Part shown: positions 22,462-30,692 of the stretch, in pieces
Position numbering within the stretch: the stretch's first letter is position 1
Layout of the letters: every line of letters begins with the position of its first letter
Origin: an uncultured Thiothrix sp.
GTDB taxonomy: Bacteria; Pseudomonadota; Gammaproteobacteria; Poriferisulfidales; GCA-002705445
Direction of reading: 5' to 3'
Length of the DNA: 64,000 nucleotides
Assembly: GCA_902559815.1 (NCBI GenBank)
Contig: CACEJE010000004.1
Location: forward strand, 1,372 to 65,371
Program-made: the position numbers and the translations under genes
Notes under the pieces: model-generated
What the model was told of the DNA's origin: nothing
What the model saw: the letters and a program-made list of their open reading frames with translations, nothing else
The model's database searches: none

Positions 22462-22953
22462 TTAAATTAATTCTGTTTTACTTATTATAATTCCATCCAT
22501 ATCGGCATAAATATAATCACCTGGTTTAAAATTTACACCCATAAATTTAACTTCAACGTTTATTTCCCCAATATTCTTTTTAACACTTTTTACAGGTATT
22601 GTTGTTAAAGCAAAAACACCTAAGTCAATATTTGCAATAACGTCAGAATCTCTTATGCATCCATTTACAATTATCCCTGACCAATTATTTTTAGATGCAG
22701 CTTCTGCAAGCATATCCCCTAAGAGAGCACAATCTTTTGAAGCAGCGCCATCAACAACTAATACTTTATTGAGTCCATCTTTATTAACCAATTCTCTGAC
22801 TTTTGAATTATCATTAAGACATTTAACGGTTTGAATTTCACCATAGAATGAATTAGTTTTGCCGTAACTTTTGAAATTTTGGTCTAAAATAATCAAATTA
22901 TCACTATGATCATCACATAAGTCAGCTGTTTTAAAATTTTTATTATTTCTCAT
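22462..22953 (-). CDS. rraA: RraA-family protein (RNase E regulator / 4-hydroxy-4-methyl-2-oxoglutarate aldolase fold)
   Basis: The 163-aa product from ATG 22953 (MRNNKNFKTADLCDD...) aligns with E. coli RraA over T..LCD, G.I.TVKC..DN, LVVDG and GD.LA. The ORF-track start 22962 is a TTG three codons upstream. Confidence 0.85.
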   Translation of the reverse strand: MRNNKNFKTADLCDDHSDNLIILDQNFKSYGKTNSFYGEIQTVKCLNDNSKVRELVNKDGLNKVLVVDGAASKDCALLGDMLAEAASKNNWSGIIVNGCIRDSDVIANIDLGVFALTTIPVKSVKKNIGEINVEVKFMGVNFKPGDYIYADMDGIIISKTELI

Positions 22954-23183
22954 ATAAATCAATGTTTTAAAGTATTATTTTTATAAATTAACTTAGGTTA
23001 CTTGAAATGAATTTTAGCAGTATAATGAAATATTATCAAAGAATTTAAAATTTTTAGGGACTAAAGGTTAATAAATTGTTAATATACGCACGCGAAAAGT
23101 TTCTATATTTTCAAAAAAAATAACATTCAGTATAACTTAAAAATAATTTTAGATTATTATTCGACATACATCAGGAGAGCAAG

Positions 23184-24488
23184 ATGGATAGGAAAGAGCA
23201 AATTAAACAATTAGAAAAAGAATGGAAATCAAATCCAAGATGGACAAATGTAAAAAGGGGCTACACAGCAGAGGATGTTGTGAGATTAAGAGGCTCATTT
23301 GTTCCAGAATGCAGTATAGCAAAGCGCGGAGCTGAAAAACTCTGGTCATTAGTTAACGGTAGCGCAAAAAAAGGATATGTAAATTCATTAGGTGCTTTAA
23401 CTGGTGGTCAAGCTATGCAACAAGTAAAAGCTGGAATAGAAGCAATTTATTTATCTGGCTGGCAGGTTGCTGCAGATGCTAATACATCTGAAACTATGTA
23501 TCCTGATCAATCTCTATATGCTTATGACTCTGTTCCTGCTGTTGTTAGAAGAATTAATAATAATTTTAAAAGAGCTGATGAAATTCAATGGTCTAAAGAT
23601 ATAAATCCTGGTGATAAAGAGTATATTGATTATTTTGCTCCAATTGTAGCTGATGCAGAAGCAGGGTTTGGTGGAGTATTAAATGCTTTTGAGCTAATGA
23701 AAAATATGATTATCAATGGAGCTTCTGGAGTTCATTTTGAAGACCAATTAGCGGCTGTAAAAAAATGCGGACATATGGGCGGAAAAGTTTTAGTTCCAAC
23801 TCAAGAGGCAATTCAAAAGTTAATCGCTGCAAGACTTGCATCTGATGTTATGGGTGTACCAACTTTACTTTTAGCAAGAACTGATGCCGAAGCTGCAAAT
23901 TTAATTACATCTGATTACGATGAGAATGACAAACCATTTTTAACTGGCGAGAGAACAGCTGAAGGTTTTTACAGAACAAAAAATGGAATTGATCAAGCAA
24001 TCTCTAGAGGATTAGCTTATGCACCATATGCAGATCTAATTTGGTGTGAAACTGGAACCCCAGATCTTGAATTTGCAAAAACATTTGCTGAAGGTGTTCA
24101 ATCTAAATATCCTGATCAATTATTAGCATATAATTGTTCGCCGTCATTTAATTGGAAAAAGAATTTAGATGATGCAACAATTGCAAAATTCCAAAAAGAG
24201 CTAAGTGCTATGGGATACAAATATCAATTTATTACATTGGCTGGCATACATAATATGTGGTACAACATGTTTGATTTGGCTCATTCATATGCTGGAGAAG
24301 AAGGAATGAAGCATTATGTTGAAAAAGTTCAAGAGCCAGAATTTGCTGCTTCAGATAAAGGTTATTCATTTGTGAGTCATCAACAAGAAGTTGGTGCTGG
24401 TTATTTTGATGATGTTACAACAGTTATTCAAGGCGGTCAGTCGTCTGTTACTGCATTAACAGGATCAACGGAAGAAGAACAGTTTTAA
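23184..24488 (+). CDS. aceA: isocitrate lyase
   Basis: 434 aa with the ICL signature KKCGHMGGK, plus LARTDA and WCET. An AGGAGAG SD precedes the ATG. Confidence 0.96.
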   Translation: MDRKEQIKQLEKEWKSNPRWTNVKRGYTAEDVVRLRGSFVPECSIAKRGAEKLWSLVNGSAKKGYVNSLGALTGGQAMQQVKAGIEAIYLSGWQVAADANTSETMYPDQSLYAYDSVPAVVRRINNNFKRADEIQWSKDINPGDKEYIDYFAPIVADAEAGFGGVLNAFELMKNMIINGASGVHFEDQLAAVKKCGHMGGKVLVPTQEAIQKLIAARLASDVMGVPTLLLARTDAEAANLITSDYDENDKPFLTGERTAEGFYRTKNGIDQAISRGLAYAPYADLIWCETGTPDLEFAKTFAEGVQSKYPDQLLAYNCSPSFNWKKNLDDATIAKFQKELSAMGYKYQFITLAGIHNMWYNMFDLAHSYAGEEGMKHYVEKVQEPEFAASDKGYSFVSHQQEVGAGYFDDVTTVIQGGQSSVTALTGSTEEEQF

Positions 24489-24508
24489 ATAACACTGGAA
24501 GTTATATT

Positions 24509-25834
24509 ATGTTTAAACATATAAATGTACCGGATGACGGCGAACCAATTCATTTTAATGAAAACGGAAAGCTAATAGTTCCTGATAACCCAGTCATACC
24601 TTTTATTGAAGGTGACGGAATTGGAATTGATATTACACCAGTAATGCAAAATGTTGTTGATAGTGCAGTACAGAAAGCATATTCAGGCAGTAAAAAAATT
24701 CATTGGATGGAAATTTTTGCAGGCGATAAAGCAACTGAAAAATATGGTGCACATAATTATTTACCCAAGGAAACATTCGATGCTATAGAGAAGTTTGTAG
24801 TAGCTATTAAAGGACCACTGACAACACCAGTCGGTGAGGGCTTAAGATCTTTAAATGTTGCTATAAGGCAAGAAATGGACTTGTATGCTTGTGTTAGACC
24901 AATAAGGTATTTTCCAGGCACAAGAACCCCTTTAAGATCCTCTAGCTCTACAGATATGGTGATATTTAGGGAAAATACCGAAGACATATATGCTGGAATA
25001 GAATGGGAAGCAGAAACCAAAGATGTAAAAAAAGTTTTAGATTTCCTTATTAATGAAATGGAAGTTACTGGAATACGTTTTCCAAATAGTTCTGGGATAG
25101 GAATTAAGCCCGTTTCAAAACAAGGCTCAGAAAGATTAATAAGAAAAGCAATACAATATGCAATAGATAATAATAGAAAATCAGTTTCACTTGTCCATAA
25201 AGGTAATATTATGAAGTTTACTGAGGGAGCATTTATGAACTGGGGATACGAATTAGCTTGCAATGAATTTGGTGGTGAAGTTATCGATGCCGGACCTTGG
25301 TGTAAGATATTAAATCCTAAAAATGGAGAGGAAATAATTATAAAAGATGTAATAGCTGATAATTTTTTACAACAAATTCTTCTAAAGCCAGAAGACTATG
25401 ATGTTATTGCCACACTTAACCTTAATGGAGATTATATTTCTGATGCATTAGCAGCGCAAGTTGGAGGTATCGGTATTGCTCCAGGCGCAAATATTTCTGA
25501 TAAAGTGGCAGTATTTGAGGCGACACACGGTTCAGCCCCGAAATATGCTGGAAAAAATAGAGTTAATCCTGGATCAATTATTCTTTCAGCAGAAATGATG
25601 CTTAGATACATGGGGTGGACAGAAGCTGCAGACAATATTATTAATGGAGTCGCAAAGGCAATTGCAAATAAAACAGTTACCTATGATCTTGCAAGAGTAA
25701 GGGTAGGAATGCAGACATTAGTAAAAAAACATGAAAGCAGCCAAGAAATTGTGAAAGAACTTGAAGAGCTAATGCCTGGTGCTACTTTGGTAACTTGTAG
25801 TGGTTTTGGTGACGCTATTGTTGATTGTATGTAA
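24509..25834 (+). CDS. icd: NADP-dependent isocitrate dehydrogenase (homodimeric E. coli type)
   Basis: 441 aa with the isocitrate/isopropylmalate dehydrogenase signature [23 protein letters not shown] and the C-terminal ...[12 protein letters not shown], like E. coli ...[12 protein letters not shown]. Confidence 0.96.
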   Translation: MFKHINVPDDGEPIHFNENGKLIVPDNPVIPFIEGDGIGIDITPVMQNVVDSAVQKAYSGSKKIHWMEIFAGDKATEKYGAHNYLPKETFDAIEKFVVAIKGPLTTPVGEGLRSLNVAIRQEMDLYACVRPIRYFPGTRTPLRSSSSTDMVIFRENTEDIYAGIEWEAETKDVKKVLDFLINEMEVTGIRFPNSSGIGIKPVSKQGSERLIRKAIQYAIDNNRKSVSLVHKGNIMKFTEGAFMNWGYELACNEFGGEVIDAGPWCKILNPKNGEEIIIKDVIADNFLQQILLKPEDYDVIATLNLNGDYISDALAAQVGGIGIAPGANISDKVAVFEATHGSAPKYAGKNRVNPGSIILSAEMMLRYMGWTEAADNIINGVAKAIANKTVTYDLARVRVGMQTLVKKHESSQEIVKELEELMPGATLVTCSGFGDAIVDCM

Positions 25835-25852
25835 TAGTTGTAAAATCTTAAT

Positions 25853-26188
25853 ATGAGTCAGACATATAAAATAATTTATTTTAATCATAATTCAGTATAT
25901 GAAATATACTCGAAGGAAGTATATCAATCAGATATGTATGGTTTCGTTGTGGTAGAAGATTTGGTTTTTGGAAAAAATACAAGTCTTGTAGTTGATCCAA
26001 GTGAAGAAAAATTGAAAACTGAATTCGCTAACGTAAAAAGATTTTTTATTCCTTCTCATAATGTTATACGAATAGATGAAGTTGACAAAGAGGGTGTAGC
26101 AAAAATTACATCTACAGATGGTAATGTAAAACAATTTCCTTCAGGTAATTTTACGATTCCACCCAATACAAATAACACAGAAAGTTAA
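25853..26188 (+). CDS. DUF1820-family protein
   Basis: 111 aa. YKIIYFNHNSVYEIY...YGFVVVEDLVFG...SLVVDPSEEKLKTEF.NVKR.FIP.H.VIRIDEV.KEG matches my recollection of the conserved DUF1820 pattern. Confidence 0.55.
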   Translation: MSQTYKIIYFNHNSVYEIYSKEVYQSDMYGFVVVEDLVFGKNTSLVVDPSEEKLKTEFANVKRFFIPSHNVIRIDEVDKEGVAKITSTDGNVKQFPSGNFTIPPNTNNTES

Positions 26189-26234
26189 ACTCATTAAGCT
26201 CGTAAACTAATTTTTATGCTAGTATAAATTTTAT

Positions 26235-26324
26235 GGAGAGGTGTCAGAGTGGTCTATTGTGCTACCTTGGAAAGGTGGTGTTGAGTAAAATCAACCGTGG
26301 GTTCGAATCCCTCCCTCTCCGCCA
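26235..26324 (+). tRNA. tRNA-Ser (anticodon GGA)
   Basis: 90 nt. Acceptor GGAGAGG/CCTCTCC, anticodon stem CTACC/GGTGG with loop TTGGAAA, a long variable arm (GTTGA-GTAAAA-TCAAC), T-loop TTCGAAT and an encoded CCA. There is one U-U mismatch each in the D and T stems. Confidence 0.87.
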
Positions 26325-26336
26325 TTTTAAAATCTT

Positions 26337-26364
26337 TTGATAACATAAACTTATTTATTATATT
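26337..26364 (+). promoter_or_regulatory. candidate sigma70 promoter of the islet operon
   Basis: TTGATA, 16 nt, then TATATT, 30 nt upstream of ATG 26395. This is a consensus match only in AT-rich DNA. Confidence 0.25.
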
Positions 26365-26394
26365 TTACATACTTCTTCATGATATATTTAATTT

Positions 26395-26829
26395 ATGAAA
26401 AATGATTTGAGAGATGAGTTGGTCAAACTGTCTTTGGAATGGCAAAAACTCTATGGTGTTGCTCCCCACATAACCACGGTTATTTCGGAATATGATGCTG
26501 CAATGTTACTAGGAATGCCCGAAGAAGAATATTCTTTTTATATGCAGGATAAAACTGCGGTTTCGAAAGGTTCTGATTTTGAATATAACGGAAAAAGATA
26601 TCAGATTAAAGCAAATCGTCCAAGTGGAAAACCAGGTAGCAAGGTTACGATAGTTGCTAAAGCATCTAATTACGATTGGGATTATCTTATATGGGTTCTT
26701 TATAATAAGGAATATATAATGCAGGAAGCATGGGTCTGGGGGAGAGAAGAATATATAAAAGAGTTTGACACTAAAAAAAGGATTTCACCAGAAGACTATA
26801 GAAGAGGAACCAAACTAGAAAAACCGTAA
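26395..26829 (+). CDS. hypothetical protein, possible PD-(D/E)xK nuclease fold
   Basis: 144-aa ORF with acidic and Lys residues spaced as SEYDAA ... GSDFEY ... YQIKA (E...D...QxK). No family is recognised with certainty. It lies 6 nt upstream of the EEP gene. Confidence 0.45.
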   Translation: MKNDLRDELVKLSLEWQKLYGVAPHITTVISEYDAAMLLGMPEEEYSFYMQDKTAVSKGSDFEYNGKRYQIKANRPSGKPGSKVTIVAKASNYDWDYLIWVLYNKEYIMQEAWVWGREEYIKEFDTKKRISPEDYRRGTKLEKP

Positions 26830-26835
26830 ATTCAA

Positions 26836-27510
26836 ATGATTATTACAACCTGGAACTGTAATCTAAAACTTAAGAGTAAATATGAGTGTATAGAATCACT
26901 AGATTCCGATATTTTAATTATTCAAGAATGCGAAAAACTCAAACAAGATTATTTTCCTAGCACTCAGTATTATTGGACTGGCAGAGATGAAAATAAAGGT
27001 CTTGGGGTATTAGTTAAAAAAGATACTGCAAATATTTGTAAATTACATAATCCAAATTTCATATACTTTCTTCCTATAGAAACAGATAATTTAAATATTA
27101 TGGGTGTCTGGGCATTTAATCATAGGGCAGTTAAGTATGGTGATAATGCAAACGGTAGAACACTGGACGCAATTAATTATTATGATGGTTGGTTAAAAGA
27201 TTCTCAAAAATCAATATTTGCTGGTGATTTTAATAACTCTATTATTTGGGATAGAAAAAGTAATCCAAGTTTTAGAAATATTAATAATGAATTGAGTCTC
27301 TTAGGTTATGAGAGTTCTTATCATAAACAAACTCAAGATCAATTTGGGAAAGAGGAAGAAACTACTTTCTATCATACTAAAAAAGAAGATAAGAAATATC
27401 ATATTGATTACATATACATAAAAAATATGAATATAAAATCTCTTAAAGTAGGATCATATGATAAATGGATAGAACATAGCGATCACTGCCCTGTATCAAT
27501 TGAAGTCTGA
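26836..27510 (+). CDS. endonuclease/exonuclease/phosphatase (EEP) family protein
   Basis: 224 aa with the full ExoIII-like motif set in order: ITTWNCN, ILIIQECE, FAGDFNNS, HIDYIYI and HSDHCPVSIEV. No signal peptide. Confidence 0.8.
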   Translation: MIITTWNCNLKLKSKYECIESLDSDILIIQECEKLKQDYFPSTQYYWTGRDENKGLGVLVKKDTANICKLHNPNFIYFLPIETDNLNIMGVWAFNHRAVKYGDNANGRTLDAINYYDGWLKDSQKSIFAGDFNNSIIWDRKSNPSFRNINNELSLLGYESSYHKQTQDQFGKEEETTFYHTKKEDKKYHIDYIYIKNMNIKSLKVGSYDKWIEHSDHCPVSIEV

Positions 27511-27517
27511 GTTACCT

Positions 27518-27537
27518 GTCATACACTAGTCATACAC
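27518..27537 (+). repeat. tandem direct repeat GTCATACAC-TA-GTCATACAC
   Basis: Two exact 9-mers separated by 2 nt. They lie 8 nt after the EEP stop and 44 nt before the tRNA 3'-end copy. Confidence 0.6.
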
Positions 27538-27580
27538 TTTTTAAGGAATCAAGGTATACTTACATTTTAGGGTGATGGAA

Positions 27581-27605
27581 TGGATTCGAATCCCTCCCTC
27601 TCCGC
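27581..27605 (+). repeat. direct-repeat copy of the tRNA-Ser(GGA) 3' end (att-like scar)
   Basis: TGGATTCGAATCCCTCCCTCTCCGC versus tRNA 26298-26322 TGGGTTCGAATCCCTCCCTCTCCGC, one mismatch. The preceding GGTGATGGAA loosely resembles the anticodon-stem 3' strand. There is no 5' half and no CCA. Confidence 0.8.
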
Positions 27606-27641
27606 AGAATTATTAATTCTTTATCAATTTAAAAAAATTTT

Positions 27642-28106
27642 ATGGATAAAAATAAAATAAAATTACAAAAATCAATTAGAAGTACTTTAGCAAAACAAGC
27701 TGTCGATTTTTTAGTTCCATTCATAAGTTCTGTGATTAACTTATTAACTGACAAAGATTTATCATTAAGAGAAGTTAAAATTAATTTAAAAAAATTAAGA
27801 ATCACAAATATAGAGACAAAAGGCCAGCAAATTGAGGTGCAGTCAAAAATTTTAGATTTTCAAATATATATATTATATGTAGGGGTAAGAAATTATATAT
27901 TTAAAGTTGAAGGTTTAGATCACTATGCTGGATTTTCTTTCATGGAAACCAATAAAGGCATGATTGTTCATGACAATATTGTTGATGATTCAAAATTATT
28001 AGCTAAAGATTTAAAAGTATTATTCTCAAAAAATTATAAAAGCCCATATCCTGTTACTGATATATTTTTGGATTTTATAAATTCAAAATCACCATTAAAT
28101 AAATAG
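27642..28106 (+). CDS. hypothetical protein
   Basis: 154-aa ORF with no recognisable motif. It lies 8 nt upstream of the AEC transporter gene, so it is probably co-transcribed. Confidence 0.55.
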   Translation: MDKNKIKLQKSIRSTLAKQAVDFLVPFISSVINLLTDKDLSLREVKINLKKLRITNIETKGQQIEVQSKILDFQIYILYVGVRNYIFKVEGLDHYAGFSFMETNKGMIVHDNIVDDSKLLAKDLKVLFSKNYKSPYPVTDIFLDFINSKSPLNK

Positions 28107-28113
28107 TTGATAA

Positions 28114-29034
28114 ATGGAAATATTTTTTTCAATACTTTATAAAATTTTACCATTATATATATTTGTTATAATAGGTTTTATTTCTGGAAAATATTTAAAT
28201 ATAGATTCAAAAGGAATTGGCAAACTTATTATTTACATAATTGCTCCTTTTGTAATATTTGAAGCTATCACCCACTCAAACTTATCGCTAAGTACTTTTG
28301 TAATACCAGTAATGGCATTCTTATTATGTTCATTTGTTGCATATATATTTTATAAATACGGAAGATATATATATAAAGATGCTAGAGCTAATGTTCTTGC
28401 AATTGTTTCAGCAGAAGGCAATACAGGATATTTTGGAATCCCAATTGCATTACTTCTTTTTGATCAAAAAATTTTTAGTATTTATATATTGGGAACATTG
28501 GGTGTAACAATATTTGAAAATACAGTAGTTTATTACTTAACTGCTCGTGGAAGGTATACTGTTAACGAATCTTTAGAAAGACTTAAAAAGCTTCCTGCAT
28601 TATATGCTTTTTTGTTTGCAATTATATTTCTTTATTTTGATATTTCACTTCCAAGAATAATGGATAATTTTATTATTAGTATGCAAGGAGCTTACGTTGT
28701 TTTAGGTATGATGCTGATAGGTTTTGGTATTTCAAAAATTAATAACTTTGCTTTTGACTATAAATTTATTGGGTTATCTTTTTTAGGAAAATTTTTTGTA
28801 TGGCCACTTATAATGATTTTTTTAATTTTATTAGATTACCATATATTTGGAATATACAATATTGAGATCTACCGTGCTTTTATATTGTTAGCTATTGTAC
28901 CAATTGCCGCTAATACGGTTATATTCGCTACGGTTCTTAATGTGTATCCTGAGAAAGTCTCATCTTCTGTATTATTTTCAACACTTTTTGGCTTAATATA
29001 TGTGCCAGTTATTATAATGGTTTTATTTCAATAA
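28114..29034 (+). CDS. AEC (auxin efflux carrier / MdcF-like) family transporter
   Basis: 306 aa with about 10 hydrophobic segments. The N-terminus ...ILPLYIFVIIGFISGKYL and overall layout are typical of AEC-family permeases. Confidence 0.78.
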   Translation: MEIFFSILYKILPLYIFVIIGFISGKYLNIDSKGIGKLIIYIIAPFVIFEAITHSNLSLSTFVIPVMAFLLCSFVAYIFYKYGRYIYKDARANVLAIVSAEGNTGYFGIPIALLLFDQKIFSIYILGTLGVTIFENTVVYYLTARGRYTVNESLERLKKLPALYAFLFAIIFLYFDISLPRIMDNFIISMQGAYVVLGMMLIGFGISKINNFAFDYKFIGLSFLGKFFVWPLIMIFLILLDYHIFGIYNIEIYRAFILLAIVPIAANTVIFATVLNVYPEKVSSSVLFSTLFGLIYVPVIIMVLFQ

Positions 29035-29077
29035 AATATATTAATTGAAACTATAAATGTGATAGCATATTTTAATC

Positions 29078-30691
29078 ATGACAAATACTGTACTTGCAAC
29101 AAAATGGAGACCAAAATTATTTTCTGATCTAATAGGGCAAGAACCAGTTGTTACTGCATTAGTAAACAGTTTGGATAATGATAGACTCCATCACTCATAT
29201 TTATTCACAGGCACCAGGGGTATCGGCAAAACTACATTGGCCAGAATACTTGCAAAATGTTTAAACTGTGAAAATAATGGTATTACTTCTTCACCCTGTG
29301 GCAAATGTTCAAGCTGTATTTCAATAGATGCGGGTCAATTTGTAGATCTCTACGAAGTTGATGCTGCGTCAAAGACAAAAGTAGAGGATACAAGAGAGTT
29401 ACTTGATAATGTCCAATATATGCCAACTCAAGGAAGATATAAGATATATATAATTGACGAAGTTCATATGCTTTCTACTCATAGTTTTAATGCATTACTT
29501 AAAACTTTAGAAGAACCACCTGAGCACGTAAAATTTATTTTAGCAACTACCGATCCGCAAAAAATTCCAAGCACAATTTTATCTAGATGCTTGCATTTTA
29601 ATTTAAATAGAATACCTTCGGAGATTATAAAGACACAATTAGAAAAAATTTTAAATAAAGAAAACATAACTTTTGAAGAAACCGCAATAAAAAACATATC
29701 AAAAATTGCGGACGGAAGTATGAGAGATGCAATTAGTTTAACAGAGCAATGTATCTCGCACGGCGATAATAACATCACAGATAACAACATATCTAAAATA
29801 TTGTGTTTAATACCATCAGATAATATTAATCAATTGATAACATATATGGTAGACGAAAATATTGACGAGCTACTGAGCTTTGTAGATAAACTGTACTATC
29901 AATCAATAGATTATGAATATTTATTAAAAGAGATAATTTCAATTTTTCATCAAACAGCTATTTTCATGGTTACAAAAAAAATTAGTGATAATATTTACTC
30001 GGAGAGTATTAAAAAGTTATCAGAAAAATACTCAGAAGAAGAAATCCAAATTCTATATCAAATTGGAGTTTCAAATCTTAAAGATATAGAATATGCGCCA
30101 AATTATAAAAGTGGATTTGAAATGGCGATAATAAGAATGTTAATTTTCACACCATTTGAATACAAGGAACAGGAGCTTAACAATTTTGATATAGAAAAAA
30201 AAAAGAAAATAGTGAAAGCTGAAGAAATTGAAAGAAAAAAAACTGATGATAATTTAGACCATACTAGAAAAGATTTGCAAGAAAATATTTATGATTTAAA
30301 AAAAAATTGGAAGATTGTCATTAATAGATTAGAAATAGATGCGATTACAAAAAATTTAGCTAACAATATAGTGTTTAAATCAAAAAAAGAAAATAACTAC
30401 AATTTCTACATAGAAGAGAATTTAATAAGTTTAATTACAGATCAATCAAAAAAAAAATTAGAAGAAGCACTTTCAGGTTTTTTAAAAGAAAGTGTCAATA
30501 TAACAATTGAAAATTCCAAAGAAAATTTAATTACTATTAATAGTAAAAAAGAATTAGACTATAATAAAAAGATCGATAAAGCAGAAAAACAAATTGAAAA
30601 TAATGATTTTGTTAAAACTATTAAAGAAAAGTTTGATGCTACAAGTATTAATAACTCAACCAAAATAACAGAACAATTAGAAGGAGAATAA
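29078..30691 (+). CDS. dnaX: DNA polymerase III subunit tau (gamma/tau)
   Basis: 537 aa with Walker A GTRGIGKTT, a zinc module CENNGITSSPCGKCSSC, Walker B IIDEVHML and sensor SRC. The C-terminal half is K/E/N-rich. Confidence 0.95.
   Translation: MTNTVLATKWRPKLFSDLIGQEPVVTALVNSLDNDRLHHSYLFTGTRGIGKTTLARILAKCLNCENNGITSSPCGKCSSCISIDAGQFVDLYEVDAASKTKVEDTRELLDNVQYMPTQGRYKIYIIDEVHMLSTHSFNALLKTLEEPPEHVKFILATTDPQKIPSTILSRCLHFNLNRIPSEIIKTQLEKILNKENITFEETAIKNISKIADGSMRDAISLTEQCISHGDNNITDNNISKILCLIPSDNINQLITYMVDENIDELLSFVDKLYYQSIDYEYLLKEIISIFHQTAIFMVTKKISDNIYSESIKKLSEKYSEEEIQILYQIGVSNLKDIEYAPNYKSGFEMAIIRMLIFTPFEYKEQELNNFDIEKKKKIVKAEEIERKKTDDNLDHTRKDLQENIYDLKKNWKIVINRLEIDAITKNLANNIVFKSKKENNYNFYIEENLISLITDQSKKKLEEALSGFLKESVNITIENSKENLITINSKKELDYNKKIDKAEKQIENNDFVKTIKEKFDATSINNSTKITEQLEGE
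30199..30205 (+). other. candidate -1 ribosomal frameshift heptamer A AAA AAG within dnaX
   Basis: The heptamer is in the X XXY YYZ register of the dnaX frame, inside a 10-A run (30195-30204). The -1 frame then reads GAA AAT AGT GAA AGC TGA (stop 30220-30222). Confidence 0.3.
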
Positions 30692-30692
30692 T

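Larger units (their letters stand above)
26325..27605. mobile_element. putative integrase-less integrated islet (or remnant) at tRNA-Ser(GGA)
   Basis: Bounded by the intact tRNA and a same-orientation 25-nt copy (24/25) of the tRNA 3' end. The cargo is two co-directional nuclease-like ORFs. No recombinase gene is present. Confidence 0.45.

Noticed and set aside
23002-23026. TTGAAA ... TATAAT promoter-like hexamers in the rraA<>aceA divergent region
   Set aside because: The spacer is only 13 nt. The alternative -35 (TTACTT at 17 nt) matches the consensus poorly. TATAAT is expected by chance at this base composition, so no promoter was called.
30231-30455. Additional long A-runs in dnaX (about 30231-30240, 30297-30307 and 30445-30455) as further recoding sites
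   Set aside because: They reflect Lys/Asn-rich coding in an AT-rich gene. Unlike 30199-30205 they lie beyond the domain boundary where gamma normally ends, and I did not verify any heptamer register or nearby -1 stop for them. Their existence lowers confidence in the main candidate.
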